A DNA stretch of 44,212 nt from Planctomycetota bacterium (GTDB lineage: Bacteria > Planctomycetota > Phycisphaerae > Sedimentisphaerales > UBA12454). A program made the position numbers and the translations under genes. Under the pieces are notes generated by a model that saw nothing but the letters and a program-made list of their open reading frames with translations, ran no database searches and was not told the origin of the DNA. Positions 9,687 to 18,579 of the stretch are shown here, in pieces (within the stretch, counting starts at the first letter, position 1; each line of letters begins with the position of its first letter). The stretch lies in contig JAKJEQ010000002.1 of NCBI GenBank assembly GCA_022705345.1, positions 1 to 44,212 of the forward strand, written 5' to 3'.

Positions 9687-10241
9687 TTAAACGCGCGTAA
9701 CGTAATCGCCGGTACGCGTATCGACTCGGACGACATCGCCGATTTTCACGAATGTCGGAACGTAAACGACAGCTCCGGTTTCAAGCGTCGCGGATTTTTT
9801 CTGGCCAGTCGCTGCCGCTCCTTTGATATCGGGCGGACAATCCGTGACCTTTAAATCGACGGTATTGGGCAGGACAATCGAAATCAGTTTGCCCTGATAA
9901 GAGCTTACGAGCAATTCGGTATTGGGTTTGAGGTATTTTTTGCCGTCGCCGAAGGCATCGTCGTCGAGCGTAATCTGGTCGAACGTTTCCAAATCCATAA
10001 TAATATGGCCGCTCGGTTCGGAATAAAGATATTCATATTTCCGTTTGTCCAGAGTCGCCTCTTCGATGTATTCTTCGGAGCGGATTCTTGCGTTTGAAAT
10101 CAGGCCGTCGGTAACGCTCTTGAGCTTTGTCTGGTAAATCGCTCCGCCTTTGCCGAGTTTTACATGTTCGAAATCTATGATCGTATAGAGCTTGCCGTCA
10201 ATGATGACGACTTGCCCTTTTTTCATTTCAGCGGCCTTCAT
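9687..10241 (-). CDS. efp: Elongation factor P
   Basis: 184 aa. N-terminus KKGQVVIIDGKLYTIIDFEHVKLGKGGAIYQTKLK carries the KOW-like domain with the conserved GKG loop. The C-terminus has two OB domains (ATLETGAVVYVPTFVKIGDVVRVDTRTGDYVTR). Confidence 0.95.
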   Translation of the reverse strand: MKAAEMKKGQVVIIDGKLYTIIDFEHVKLGKGGAIYQTKLKSVTDGLISNARIRSEEYIEEATLDKRKYEYLYSEPSGHIIMDLETFDQITLDDDAFGDGKKYLKPNTELLVSSYQGKLISIVLPNTVDLKVTDCPPDIKGAAATGQKKSATLETGAVVYVPTFVKIGDVVRVDTRTGDYVTRV

Positions 10242-10345
10242 CCCGTTAGACCTCTCAATAAGTTAGTCATTTTCTTACCTATATTAAAAAACACATTACT
10301 CTTTTATAATTCAAAACTTTCGGTATTAAAGAGGTCTAACGGGAT

Positions 10346-10618
10346 TCATCCCTCAGTAAGACCTTTTTTCATCCTATTCTTCAAATATCTTTTTCCCATA
10401 CCGGTTTTTAGATACCTTTCTCTTCGAAAAGCATCGGCCTTATCTAAACAGCCTTCAAAATAAATCAATTCAACCGGCAATTTATATTTTGTAGAATATA
10501 CCTCACCTTTCTGGTGCTGTTTTAATCTCTGTTTAAGGTTGCTTGTGCAACCAGTATAAAACGTGCTAGTTTTTTGGCATTTTAAAACATATGTATAATA
10601 CCAGCAAGGTTTAATCAT
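10346..10618 (-). CDS. GIY-YIG nuclease-family protein (UPF0213-like)
   Basis: 90 aa. YTYVLKC....FYTGCTSNLKQRLKQH has the GIY-YIG core spacing. It is followed by ERYLK.G.GKRYLKNR. Confidence 0.8.
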   Translation of the reverse strand: MIKPCWYYTYVLKCQKTSTFYTGCTSNLKQRLKQHQKGEVYSTKYKLPVELIYFEGCLDKADAFRRERYLKTGMGKRYLKNRMKKGLTEG

Positions 10619-10648
10619 ACTTATAGTATCGCAGAAAAGCGTTGAAAG

Positions 10649-11296
10649 TCAAGAATTAGCCAGTAAGGCTTTTATCTGCTTGCGGCGGTTTTTCTCGAAC
10701 TCCTCCGGAGTCATCAAAGGAGTGTGTCTCAGGGCTTTTTGCTTAAGGATGTCGCTGTATTTGATTCTGCCGGTTGGCCCGGAGGCGGAGTTTTCTTCTG
10801 ACGTCTTTGCCTGCTCTTGAGCGGGCAAAGGCAAAGACGTCGCCTTTATATTCATTCTTCTATTCCTTTCTAATAGGTCGAACCGCTGTTCGGGCGAAAA
10901 CGCAATATTGTACGGCGGCGAAGCGCCCAGATGTTCGGTTTGCCGACCGTCCGGCTGTTCGGGCTCAATCCAGTTTATCGGCGTAGAGCATTTGTCGCCA
11001 AAGCACTGCGGCACAATCACTCTTACCGTGTGATGTTTTCCTTTTTTTTCAGAATGCGCATAACCTTTTTTGATGATCTTCTTCTTCGCCAGCCTTCGCA
11101 CGAGCATTTCGACATATCTTTCGCTGACAGCGAGACTTTTGGCGATCGAGGCGTTAGAGCCCCAGAACGGCGAAGGCCAGAAACGACACAGAACTATCAG
11201 TATGAGCTTTTCGGCCACTGTCAAATCATTACGTTCGAGCAGAAAAGCGTACGCTCTCAAAAAAGGCAGAGCTGTTTTTGTTTTGCTTTCAGGCAT
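10649..11296 (-). CDS. Helix-turn-helix domain protein (phage/plasmid replication-initiator-like N-terminus)
   Basis: 215 aa. LTVAEKLILIVLCRFW...SNASIAKSLAVSERYVEMLVRRLAKKKIIKK is a winged-helix style DNA-binding segment. The rest is low-complexity. Confidence 0.5.
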   Translation of the reverse strand: MPESKTKTALPFLRAYAFLLERNDLTVAEKLILIVLCRFWPSPFWGSNASIAKSLAVSERYVEMLVRRLAKKKIIKKGYAHSEKKGKHHTVRVIVPQCFGDKCSTPINWIEPEQPDGRQTEHLGASPPYNIAFSPEQRFDLLERNRRMNIKATSLPLPAQEQAKTSEENSASGPTGRIKYSDILKQKALRHTPLMTPEEFEKNRRKQIKALLANS

Positions 11297-11880
11297 AAAA
11301 AATCTTTCGGTTTCGAGGTAAGTAAAAAACTTTTAAACGGTTCGTTTTTGAAGCATGGAAAATTCAGCGGCGCATATTCCTCGTCGCCCGCCTGCAAGAC
11401 GAATTTATCGCGCATAAAAGCGGCGAGAATTTTGTTTTGAGTGGTGTCCGGCACAGTGAAAATCAGCCTTTCGCCTGTCTGCGGTTTGAACGAAGCTATT
11501 AAACTTGTGCGGTTGTTGGAGGTCCTTCTTGAAACGCCGAAAAAACCGGTGTTGCTTCGGCAGCCTTTGTTCAGGTTGTTCTGCCGGATGGTCGCGATTC
11601 GAAGGTTCTGCCTTCTGTTGTCCAAAGGATTGCGGTTGATGTGGTCGATCACCTTTCTTTTTTTCGGAATCATCAGCATCCTTGCGAGCGATACGGTTTT
11701 TGAATTTGAAGCGAAATAGCCTCGAACGACGCCTTTGTCGAATTTCAGGGCGGTGATTTTTTTGAATTTGTGATAAGGACGGGGCTTTTCGGTGCCGTGA
11801 ACGCGATAATAAGTTTCCTCGTCGAGCAGCAAAGTGCCGAATTTCCGTTCGAGCGTTCTGTAATCCGATGAAACTTCCAT
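11257..11880 (-). CDS. HNH endonuclease with AP2-type DNA-binding domain (homing-endonuclease-like)
   Basis: 207 aa. VIDHINRNPLDNRRQNLRIATIRQNN is an HNH_3-type motif. It is followed by GFFGVSRR....ASF...GERLIF...AAFMRD, which is AP2-like. Confidence 0.75.
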   Translation of the reverse strand: MEVSSDYRTLERKFGTLLLDEETYYRVHGTEKPRPYHKFKKITALKFDKGVVRGYFASNSKTVSLARMLMIPKKRKVIDHINRNPLDNRRQNLRIATIRQNNLNKGCRSNTGFFGVSRRTSNNRTSLIASFKPQTGERLIFTVPDTTQNKILAAFMRDKFVLQAGDEEYAPLNFPCFKNEPFKSFLLTSKPKDFLCLKAKQKQLCLF

Positions 11881-11910
11881 TTTTCAGTCTCCTTAAAGAG
11901 TTTTTGAAGT

Positions 11911-12216
11911 TTAAACCTGTACTGAAACGGCTTCGGGACTTTGCGTTTGTTCCTGAGCGGAAAAGCCTTCGCCTTTGGGGGTTTTGGATTTCCTGGCGTA
12001 CGGTCTGACTGCGTAAAGCGGACAGGCAAGCGAGGTGCATTCCGTAATTTCGGTTTTCTTCCACATGCAGCACTCGAGGCAGAACGCCTTGATTGCCGCC
12101 GATTTGCTTTTGCCGGTGACCGCTTTTTCGTAGGCAGGGCGGTAGATTTTTGGAATTTTAGAGATGTGGCGTTTGATTTTTTGCCGGCGTGTGTCTTCTG
12201 CGCATAAATTTTCCAT
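11911..12216 (-). CDS. Small Cys-rich hypothetical protein (phage-like)
   Basis: 101-aa ORF. CLECCMWKKTEITECTSLACPLY suggests a metal-binding knuckle. It lies upstream of, and on the same strand as, the HNH gene. Confidence 0.45.
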   Translation of the reverse strand: MENLCAEDTRRQKIKRHISKIPKIYRPAYEKAVTGKSKSAAIKAFCLECCMWKKTEITECTSLACPLYAVRPYARKSKTPKGEGFSAQEQTQSPEAVSVQV

Positions 12217-12340
12217 AATAATTCTCCTTTAAAATAAGATGAAATGTTAAATTGGGGGGTTAGTAAGTTGAATTTTGAATAATGAAGATTGAAGAATGCT
12301 TCTGAAGGCATTTTCAATCTAATCCTTAAATTTTAAGGTA

Positions 12341-12432
12341 ATCTCTAAAAATTGTCATCTCGAGGAGTTTTTGCGGCTTTTTAGCCTACAAACGACGAAG
12401 CAGTCTCAATCCTTCGAATTATTAGAGGCTCC
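12341..12432. repeat. REP-like palindromic element, left copy of an inverted pair flanking citrate synthase
   Basis: TCTAAAAATTGTCATCTCGAGGAG...CGACGAAGCAGTCTCAATCCTTCGAATTATTAGAGGCTCC is the reverse complement, with a different central loop, of 14306-14381. Confidence 0.7.
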
Positions 12433-12535
12433 ATTAAATTATAGTCGGTATTTTACCATATTTTTTTTTAAAAGCAAGGATTTTCTGTAAACTATTTATT
12501 TTTTTTACTAAATATATAACAAGTTCAATAAAAGG

Positions 12536-12777
12536 TTCCTGATACCTTTTGTCTCTATTGTCAGAAAAAGACTCCTGACACCTTTTATCTCTATTGTTCA
12601 CAAGGACTTAGGAAAGCAAATTTATGAAAATTGTACCTGACCTTTTTAAGGCTGCATCAGGCAACGCCGTCAGAAAAAGACTCCTGACACCATTTATCTC
12701 TATTGTTCACAAGGACTTAGGAAACAAATTTATGAAAATTGTACCCGACCTTTTTAAGGCTGCATCAGGCAACGCCG
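12536..12777. repeat. Tandem direct duplication (109 bp + 108 bp) preceded by a ~25-bp partial copy
   Basis: 12561-12669 and 12670-12777 are near identical, differing by a few substitutions and one 1-nt indel (GGAAAGCAAA vs GGAAACAAA). 12536-12560 (TTCCTGATACCTTTTGTCTCTATTG) repeats the CTCCTGACACCTTTTATCTCTATTG core. Confidence 0.85.
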
Positions 12778-12910
12778 AGCGTTGAAAATCAAGACGGTTC
12801 GTATGCCGCAAGAAAGATTCTTGAATTAGTCATCCATATCCATTATAGTATGCCGTCTTATCGAGTGATGAGGCGGTTTTTTGGATTTTTCTTAAATTAA
12901 CAGGTGGAAA

Positions 12911-14305
12911 ATGTCAGACGCAATTACTCCGGATATCGAAGGTATCATACCCGAAAAAACACCCAAGGACCCGTTTTTAACTGATTTAGCAAGGCTCGCG
13001 AAGCAGAACAACAAAATAAATCCCGACCTTTATGAGCAGTTCCAGGTCAAACGCGGCCTGCGCAACGCGGACGGCACGGGCGTTCTTGCCGGTCTTACCG
13101 AAATCGGCGATGTGCACGGCTATATCGTCAGCGAAGGCGAAAAAGTCGCCATCAATGGAAGACTGAGATATCGCGGTATGGAAATCGAAGATATCGTCGC
13201 CGGTTTTCAGAAGGAAAAAAGGCACGGCTTCGAAGAGACCGCTTATCTGCTGCTGTTTGGCGAACTGCCGAAGAAAAAAGAATTGACGAAATTCTGTCAT
13301 ATGCTCGGAAAAAACCGAAAGCTCCCTGACGGCTTTACGGAAAATATGATCCTCAAAGCGCCGAGCAATAACGTAATGAACAAACTGGCAAGAAGCGTTC
13401 TGGCGGCGTATTCCTACGACAAGACGCCGGAAGACCGCTCGCTCAAAAATATTCTGCGTCAGTGCATCGGACTTATCGCGAGATTTCCGATTTTCGCGGC
13501 ATACGGCTATCAGGCAAAATCGCATTATTATGATGGCGAGAGTTTATATATTCACACGCCTGATGAAAAATTATCGACAGCCGAAAACTTTTTAATGCTG
13601 ACAAGGGCGGACAAGCAGTTTTCAAAAATGGAAGCGGATCTGCTCGACTTGTGTCTTGTTCTGCACGCAGAGCACGGCGGCGGAAACAATTCGACTTTCA
13701 CGACTCACGTAGTCACATCATCGGATACGGATGCTTACTCGGCGATAGCCGCGGCGATAGGTTCGCTGAAGGGTTTGAAGCACGGCGGAGCTAACATCCA
13801 GGTTATTAAGATGATGGACGATATCAAGCAGAACGTAAAGAATTGTGAAAGTGAAAACCAGGTTGCCGATTATCTTGCCAAGATAGTGCGGAAAGAAGCG
13901 TTTGACGGCACGGGGCTGATTTACGGTCTTGGCCACGCGGTTTATACAATATCCGACCCGCGCACGGCATTAATTAGAAAACAGGCTGCGCGGCTTGCGA
14001 AAGAAAAGGACCTCGAATGGGAATTCGATTTGTACGCCATGGTCGAAAGGTTAGCGCCGGGGATTTTCCAGAAAGTGAAAAAATCCGACAAGCGGGTATG
14101 TCCGAATGTGGATTTCTATTCAGGTTTTGTATATAGGATGCTCGGTATCCCGACCGAACTTTATACTCCGCTTTTCGCGATCGCAAGAATTTCGGGATGG
14201 TGCGCTCATCTGATTGAAGAAACGGTCAGCGGCGGAAGAATAATCAGGCCCGCGTATAAAAGCGTAGCGGAAGAAAGAGAGTATATTCCGACATCGAAAA
14301 GATAA
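12911..14305 (+). CDS. gltA: Citrate synthase
   Basis: 464 aa. HAEHGGGNNSTF, GLGHAVY (the GxGHxVY catalytic His motif) and NVDFYSG are all typical of the citrate synthase family. Confidence 0.9.
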   Translation: MSDAITPDIEGIIPEKTPKDPFLTDLARLAKQNNKINPDLYEQFQVKRGLRNADGTGVLAGLTEIGDVHGYIVSEGEKVAINGRLRYRGMEIEDIVAGFQKEKRHGFEETAYLLLFGELPKKKELTKFCHMLGKNRKLPDGFTENMILKAPSNNVMNKLARSVLAAYSYDKTPEDRSLKNILRQCIGLIARFPIFAAYGYQAKSHYYDGESLYIHTPDEKLSTAENFLMLTRADKQFSKMEADLLDLCLVLHAEHGGGNNSTFTTHVVTSSDTDAYSAIAAAIGSLKGLKHGGANIQVIKMMDDIKQNVKNCESENQVADYLAKIVRKEAFDGTGLIYGLGHAVYTISDPRTALIRKQAARLAKEKDLEWEFDLYAMVERLAPGIFQKVKKSDKRVCPNVDFYSGFVYRMLGIPTELYTPLFAIARISGWCAHLIEETVSGGRIIRPAYKSVAEEREYIPTSKR

Positions 14306-14381
14306 GGGAGCCTCTAATAATTCTTAGGATTGAGATTGCTTCGTCCCTCTAAGGGGTCCTCGCAATGACAATTTTAGAGGT
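14306..14381. repeat. REP-like palindromic element, right copy (inverted relative to 12341-12432)
   Basis: GGGAGCCTCTAATAATTCTTAGGATTGAGATTGCTTCGTC...CCTCGCAATGACAATTTTAGAGG. It shares the GAGATTGCTTCG / CTCGCAATGAC core with the MITE copies. Confidence 0.7.
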
Positions 14382-14400
14382 TACGATAATGATTAAAATG

Positions 14401-14437
14401 AAAAGTGCATAAGCTTCAAACCTTATGCACTTTTTTT
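14401..14437. terminator. Terminator hairpin between convergent gltA and trxB
   Basis: AGTGCATAAG-cttcaaac-CTTATGCACT stem followed by TTTTTTT on the plus strand. An A-run precedes it and could serve the minus strand. Confidence 0.6.
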
Positions 14438-14453
14438 ATGCGCGTATTTTAGC

Positions 14454-15452
14454 TTACCATTCGCATGGCATAATCTTGTCGGAGACCGGTTTAGTCCACC
14501 AGTTGGGGTCTCTTAAATATTGCTTGGTCATCATTGCGGCGTTTACTCCGTCGCCGACAGCGGTCGCAAGCTGCATCGCGGCGCCCATTCGGCAGTCGCC
14601 TGCAACGAAAACGCCTTTTACTTTAGTGCGCAAAAAGCCGTCATTGCATCTGACGAAGCCAAGTTCAGAGAGGTCGACAAATCCCTTGAGAAAAGAGGTG
14701 TTCGGCACTGTTCCGACAAAAATAAAAACGCCGTCGCACTCGACATGCTGCTGGATATTAGTTTGAACGTTTCGGACAAGAACCCGTTCGACTTTTTTGT
14801 CTCCTTCGATGGCGATTACGACGCTGTCGAGCATAAGCTTGATATTGGTGTTTGGTTCTTTAACTTTATTCATTAACTGTTCAACGAGAATTGTGGTTGC
14901 CCTGAATTCCTGTCTGCGGTGTATGAGTGTGAGTTGCGAAGCGAAATTCGCGACGTGCATCGCTTCTTCGATAGCGGTATTTCCTCCTCCGACTGCGACA
15001 ACTTTTTTACCTTTGAAAAAGGGAGCATCGCAAGTACCGCAGTAGCTGACGCCTGCGCCGGCGTTGCGGAACTTATCTTCGCCGGGAACGCCGAGCTTTT
15101 TATAATCGCTTCCGCAGGCAAGGATAACCGAACGCGAGATGAATTCTTCCTTTCCGCAGATAATTTTAATATTTCCGTCTTCCAACTGTTCAAGTTTTGT
15201 TACTTCGGTACCAGTTTTAAATTCAGCGCCGAAATTCTCGGCCTGTTTTCGCATCGTGTCTGCTAAATCAGCTCCTGAAATGTTCTCGTAGCCCGGGTAG
15301 TTTTCGATACGGTCGGTGTTTATAATCTGTCCGCCCGGATAGAAGCGGTCTATCAGTAGAGTTTTCATTCTGTCTCTTGCGTTATATATCGCGGCGGCCA
15401 ATCCGGCCGGGCCTGCGCCAATAATGATGCTGTCGTAAATGATTTGCGTCAT
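14454..15452 (-). CDS. trxB: Thioredoxin-disulfide reductase
   Basis: 332 aa. FAD site GAGPAGLAAAIY, redox-active CGTCDAPFF (CxxC) and NADPH site VGGGNTAIEEA. Short C-terminal extension. Confidence 0.85.
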   Translation of the reverse strand: MTQIIYDSIIIGAGPAGLAAAIYNARDRMKTLLIDRFYPGGQIINTDRIENYPGYENISGADLADTMRKQAENFGAEFKTGTEVTKLEQLEDGNIKIICGKEEFISRSVILACGSDYKKLGVPGEDKFRNAGAGVSYCGTCDAPFFKGKKVVAVGGGNTAIEEAMHVANFASQLTLIHRRQEFRATTILVEQLMNKVKEPNTNIKLMLDSVVIAIEGDKKVERVLVRNVQTNIQQHVECDGVFIFVGTVPNTSFLKGFVDLSELGFVRCNDGFLRTKVKGVFVAGDCRMGAAMQLATAVGDGVNAAMMTKQYLRDPNWWTKPVSDKIMPCEW

Positions 15453-15462
15453 TTGTCTTTCC

Positions 15463-16833
15463 TTATCTTGATCGTTGATTTTTTTTATTTTGAGACTGCT
15501 CTAATTGCTGAATTTTGTCGAGCCATTGCGGAAAATCGGCGAGGATTGCGGCCCTTGTGGTTCTTTCGAGCCTGAAGGTGAAATTTCCCTGTATATCCGC
15601 AGAGACGAGCCTGCCGCGACCGTCAAAATACATTTTTTGCGATGTAGCGACCGCACCTAAAAAATCGGCCTGCGCGGCCGAACGCTCCGGCAGAGCGGCA
15701 GTTTCGGTCGATTTGATTCTTGATAAAATCACAGGCGAGATTCTGCCGTCAGCCTGAAGCGACTCGATATAAAGAGTACTGAAATCACTCTTGAGAAAAC
15801 TCGCGACGACCAGGTCGAACAGTGAATCGGGAATCATTATCTCCGTAAACGGCATTTGCTCGAATCGTCCGGATTTTTCTATTGTAAGTACATCAGCTCG
15901 AAGCTGGATTATTGTTCTCTGCTGGCGGTTTGTGAGCATAAAGCCCTGGCTGATTGTCCAGTCGAACGATGTTAATTTTGTATCCGACCTGAAAAGCGAA
16001 TGTTCGGCGAAAGTATCGGATGAAGGACTGTAAAAAAGGAGGTTCCCCGATGACAGGGGCAAATTGTTGTCTGATTGATCCGAGTAACTTAGAGTATCGG
16101 TCGTAAATCCGATCGTATTTCCGGCTGTATCTTTTATACGGTAATAATCGGAAATCATTTGTTCGGACAAATCGGCGTCTGCAACATCAGGCATAAATTT
16201 GTTTTTGAAATCATCCAGGAAAAGTGCGCCTTTTACAAATGAATTATCGGCATTGTATTTCGCCGATGCAAGAAGAGCCTTGAAAAGTTTTTCAGAAAGC
16301 TCGACAGCGGTTCCCTGCCCAACGACTTCGAGAACAAGATTTCTGCCGTTAGGCAGAACGGCAGTTCCGACAAAGATGAAGGCTTTTTGCGATTCGATCC
16401 TTGCGTAATCGAAAATAAACTGCCCGAATTCTTCTGCGCCCGCGTATTGAATATGCCCCTGGAGAGAAGCGGCGATTTGGAGGAAACGTTCGTTGGGGTC
16501 AGTTTTTTGAGGGATAAGCAAATATCTCCATGTTGCCGAAATTGCGGAATCGCTGCTTATCCGCATAATCGCGGAAATACGAAATTCGTTGTTTTCGTAT
16601 TTGAAATCATTGGATAGAAGTTTCCAGTTTTCCGAAGAAGGCATCGAAACTTCAAGACCTGTTCCTTTAAGAGCGATTGAGCCTGAAAGATTAAAAGAAG
16701 TCTTTGAAGAAATCACAAACTTCGCGATGATTAACCCAAGCATCAGTAAAATCAAAAAAGCGGCTTTATCGAGTCCCATTCGTCTTAATTTTTCGCTATT
16801 CGGCATTTTTTTCCTTTTGAAATTCCTGTTCAA
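15463..16833 (-). CDS. Hypothetical membrane-anchored protein
   Basis: 456-aa ORF with one N-terminal TM helix (AAFLILLMLGLIIAKFVI). No recognisable motif. Same strand as, and tightly packed with, arsC and trxB. The start may be the internal MPNSEKL. Confidence 0.6.
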   Translation of the reverse strand: MNRNFKRKKMPNSEKLRRMGLDKAAFLILLMLGLIIAKFVISSKTSFNLSGSIALKGTGLEVSMPSSENWKLLSNDFKYENNEFRISAIMRISSDSAISATWRYLLIPQKTDPNERFLQIAASLQGHIQYAGAEEFGQFIFDYARIESQKAFIFVGTAVLPNGRNLVLEVVGQGTAVELSEKLFKALLASAKYNADNSFVKGALFLDDFKNKFMPDVADADLSEQMISDYYRIKDTAGNTIGFTTDTLSYSDQSDNNLPLSSGNLLFYSPSSDTFAEHSLFRSDTKLTSFDWTISQGFMLTNRQQRTIIQLRADVLTIEKSGRFEQMPFTEIMIPDSLFDLVVASFLKSDFSTLYIESLQADGRISPVILSRIKSTETAALPERSAAQADFLGAVATSQKMYFDGRGRLVSADIQGNFTFRLERTTRAAILADFPQWLDKIQQLEQSQNKKNQRSR

Positions 16834-17269
16834 GACTTTGCGGCAGAGTCAAAATATAATTTTTGATATCGTCACGTGTTTTTCTGAACGCGTTCATAAT
16901 CGATTCGTCGCTGCCGACAGCAAACATCGGGTCCGCGAAAGGTTTATGAATGAGTTTGCCTTTTCCATAAAAAACCGGGCAGTTTTCGTTGGCATAGTCG
17001 CACAGAGTGATAACATAATCGAAAGATATGCCTTCAAGATCGTTTACGTGCTTTGAATACTGCCTTGAAACGTCGATGCCGACTTCAGCCATAACTTTAA
17101 CGGCTCGAGCGCTCACAGTCGCGGGCATTATACCTGCGCTGAAAGCTTTGATACAGTCGCTTTTGAGCGTTCTTGCCCATCCTTCAGCCATCTGACTGCG
17201 GCAGGCATTACCCGTACAAAGGAAAAGTATGTTCAGTTTATGTAATTTTTCGGACACCTTCATTCTCAT
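16796..17269 (-). CDS. arsC: Arsenate reductase / low-molecular-weight phosphotyrosine phosphatase family
   Basis: ILFLCTGNACRSQMAEGW is the CX5R(S/T) P-loop of the LMW-PTP/thioredoxin-coupled ArsC family. Additional Cys residues in TLCDYANENCP. Confidence 0.8.
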   Translation of the reverse strand: MRMKVSEKLHKLNILFLCTGNACRSQMAEGWARTLKSDCIKAFSAGIMPATVSARAVKVMAEVGIDVSRQYSKHVNDLEGISFDYVITLCDYANENCPVFYGKGKLIHKPFADPMFAVGSDESIMNAFRKTRDDIKNYILTLPQSLEQEFQKEKNAE

Positions 17270-17279
17270 TAGAAACGGG

Positions 17280-18511
17280 TTATTTTAACCTTTTAGCGGC
17301 GGATTTTCCAGTTAGAAAACCGCTCGAAAAAGCGAATTGCAGATTATAGCCTCCGCACGGGCCGTCAACGTTCATTACCTCGCCCGCGAAAAAAAGTCCC
17401 GGCACGATTTTAGACTGCATAGTTTTGCTGTCAATCTGCGTAATATCTACGCCGCCTCGTGTAACGGTTGCCCGCTCGATATCCTGAGGCGAAATGATGT
17501 TGAAGGGATAATTTTTTATTTTCTCGGCGACTTTTCTGCGAATTTTTTTGTTTATCTGGCAGACTTCGATTTGGGGAATATTGTTTTCACTGCATATTGC
17601 CGCCGCAAGCGCCTTCGGAAAGAAGTTCGAGAGTATTTGAGTGATGTTTTTTTGGGGCCCTGAGCGATTAATTCAGACAATTTCCTGTCAAGCTCGTCGA
17701 TGTTTATATCAGGTAAAAAATCAATGAAAACCTGATAATCTTTTTCAAGAATTCCCGCGATATTTCTGCTCAAATCAAAGACCGCCGGGCCGCCTATACC
17801 GCTGTGGGTAAAAATCATCGGGCCTTTGTCGATGATTTTTTTGTCTCCGATTTTGCAGCTTATGGTTACGTTTGGGATGCCCAATCCTGCTAAGTCCCTG
17901 CAAAACTTTTCTGCCGCGATAAGCGGAACGATTGCTGCCGCGGGTTTAACGATATTATGGCCGAACCGTGACGCGAAATTGTAGCCGTCGCCTGTGGAAC
18001 CGGTTTGAGGCCAGCTTACTCCGCCGGTGGCGATTACCAGGTTTTTGGCGGAAACTGTAACTTTTTCGGTCGGTACAACGAATAATTCGTTTTGTTTTTC
18101 AATGTTCTGAATTTTTCTTCCGTAAAAGATTTGAACCTGCTTGTTTTGCAGCTCCTGAATCAAAACATTATTTACGTCTGTCGAAGAATGCGTAGAAGGG
18201 AAGATGCAGCCGTCTTCTTCGATTACGGTATTCAATCCCCGTCCGAGAAAGAAATTCAAAAGCTTCTGCGGCGGATATTCATAGATGCAGTGACGCACGA
18301 ATCTGTCGAACGGTTTAAAAGCCCTGATTATTTCATCAGGTTTTCCAGTATGCGTCAGGTTGCAGCGTCCTCTGCCTGTGAGCAGGAGTTTTCTGCCTGT
18401 GGTAGTATTAGTTTCAAAAATAACGACTTTCTTCGAGTATTCCGCCGCTGAAATTGCGGCCATCATTCCCGAAGGCCCTGCGCCGATTATGCAAATATCA
18501 GATTCAATCAT
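17280..18511 (-). pseudogene. HI0933/BaiN-like FAD flavoprotein interrupted by a 1-nt frameshift at a 7-nt homopolymer
   Basis: The N-terminal 319-aa ORF has GAGPSGMMAA. In another frame the family C-terminus is intact (ITQILSNFFPKALAAAIC...VPGLFFAGEVMNVDGPCGGYNLQFAFSSG, stop at 17280-17282). The span is 1232 nt, which is 2 mod 3. The frames meet at T7 (17647-17653), and one extra base there restores a 410-aa ORF. Confidence 0.8.
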
Positions 18512-18579
18512 ATTTATTTTGAAAAGAGAAAGATTTCAGATTACCATATTACCCTTATTCTATATTCTATGAAAATATA

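Larger units (their letters stand above)
10346..12216 (-). mobile_element. Decayed phage/mobile-element remnant (no integrase or transposase visible)
   Basis: Four consecutive minus-strand genes of mobile-element flavour (GIY-YIG, HTH, HNH-AP2, Cys-rich ORF) are wedged between efp and citrate synthase. Repeats follow at 12.3-12.8 kb. Confidence 0.4.

Noticed and set aside
11405-12317. Arg/Lys/Ser-rich ORFs 11405-12073 and 11745-12317 on the minus strand
   Set aside because: They overlap the HNH-AP2 gene and the Cys-rich ORF in alternative frames. They have no motifs, and the recognisable HNH and AP2 signatures identify the real frame.
12536-12777. CRISPR array
   Set aside because: The units are ~108 bp and directly abutting with no unique spacers. 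Likewise, the ~21-bp array at 38365-38495 has no spacer structure. No cas genes are in the window.
17337-17663. Plus-strand ORF 17337-17663 (108 aa)
   Set aside because: It is antisense to the conserved C-terminal fragment of the frameshifted BaiN-like gene. The minus-strand translation there matches the family C-terminus.
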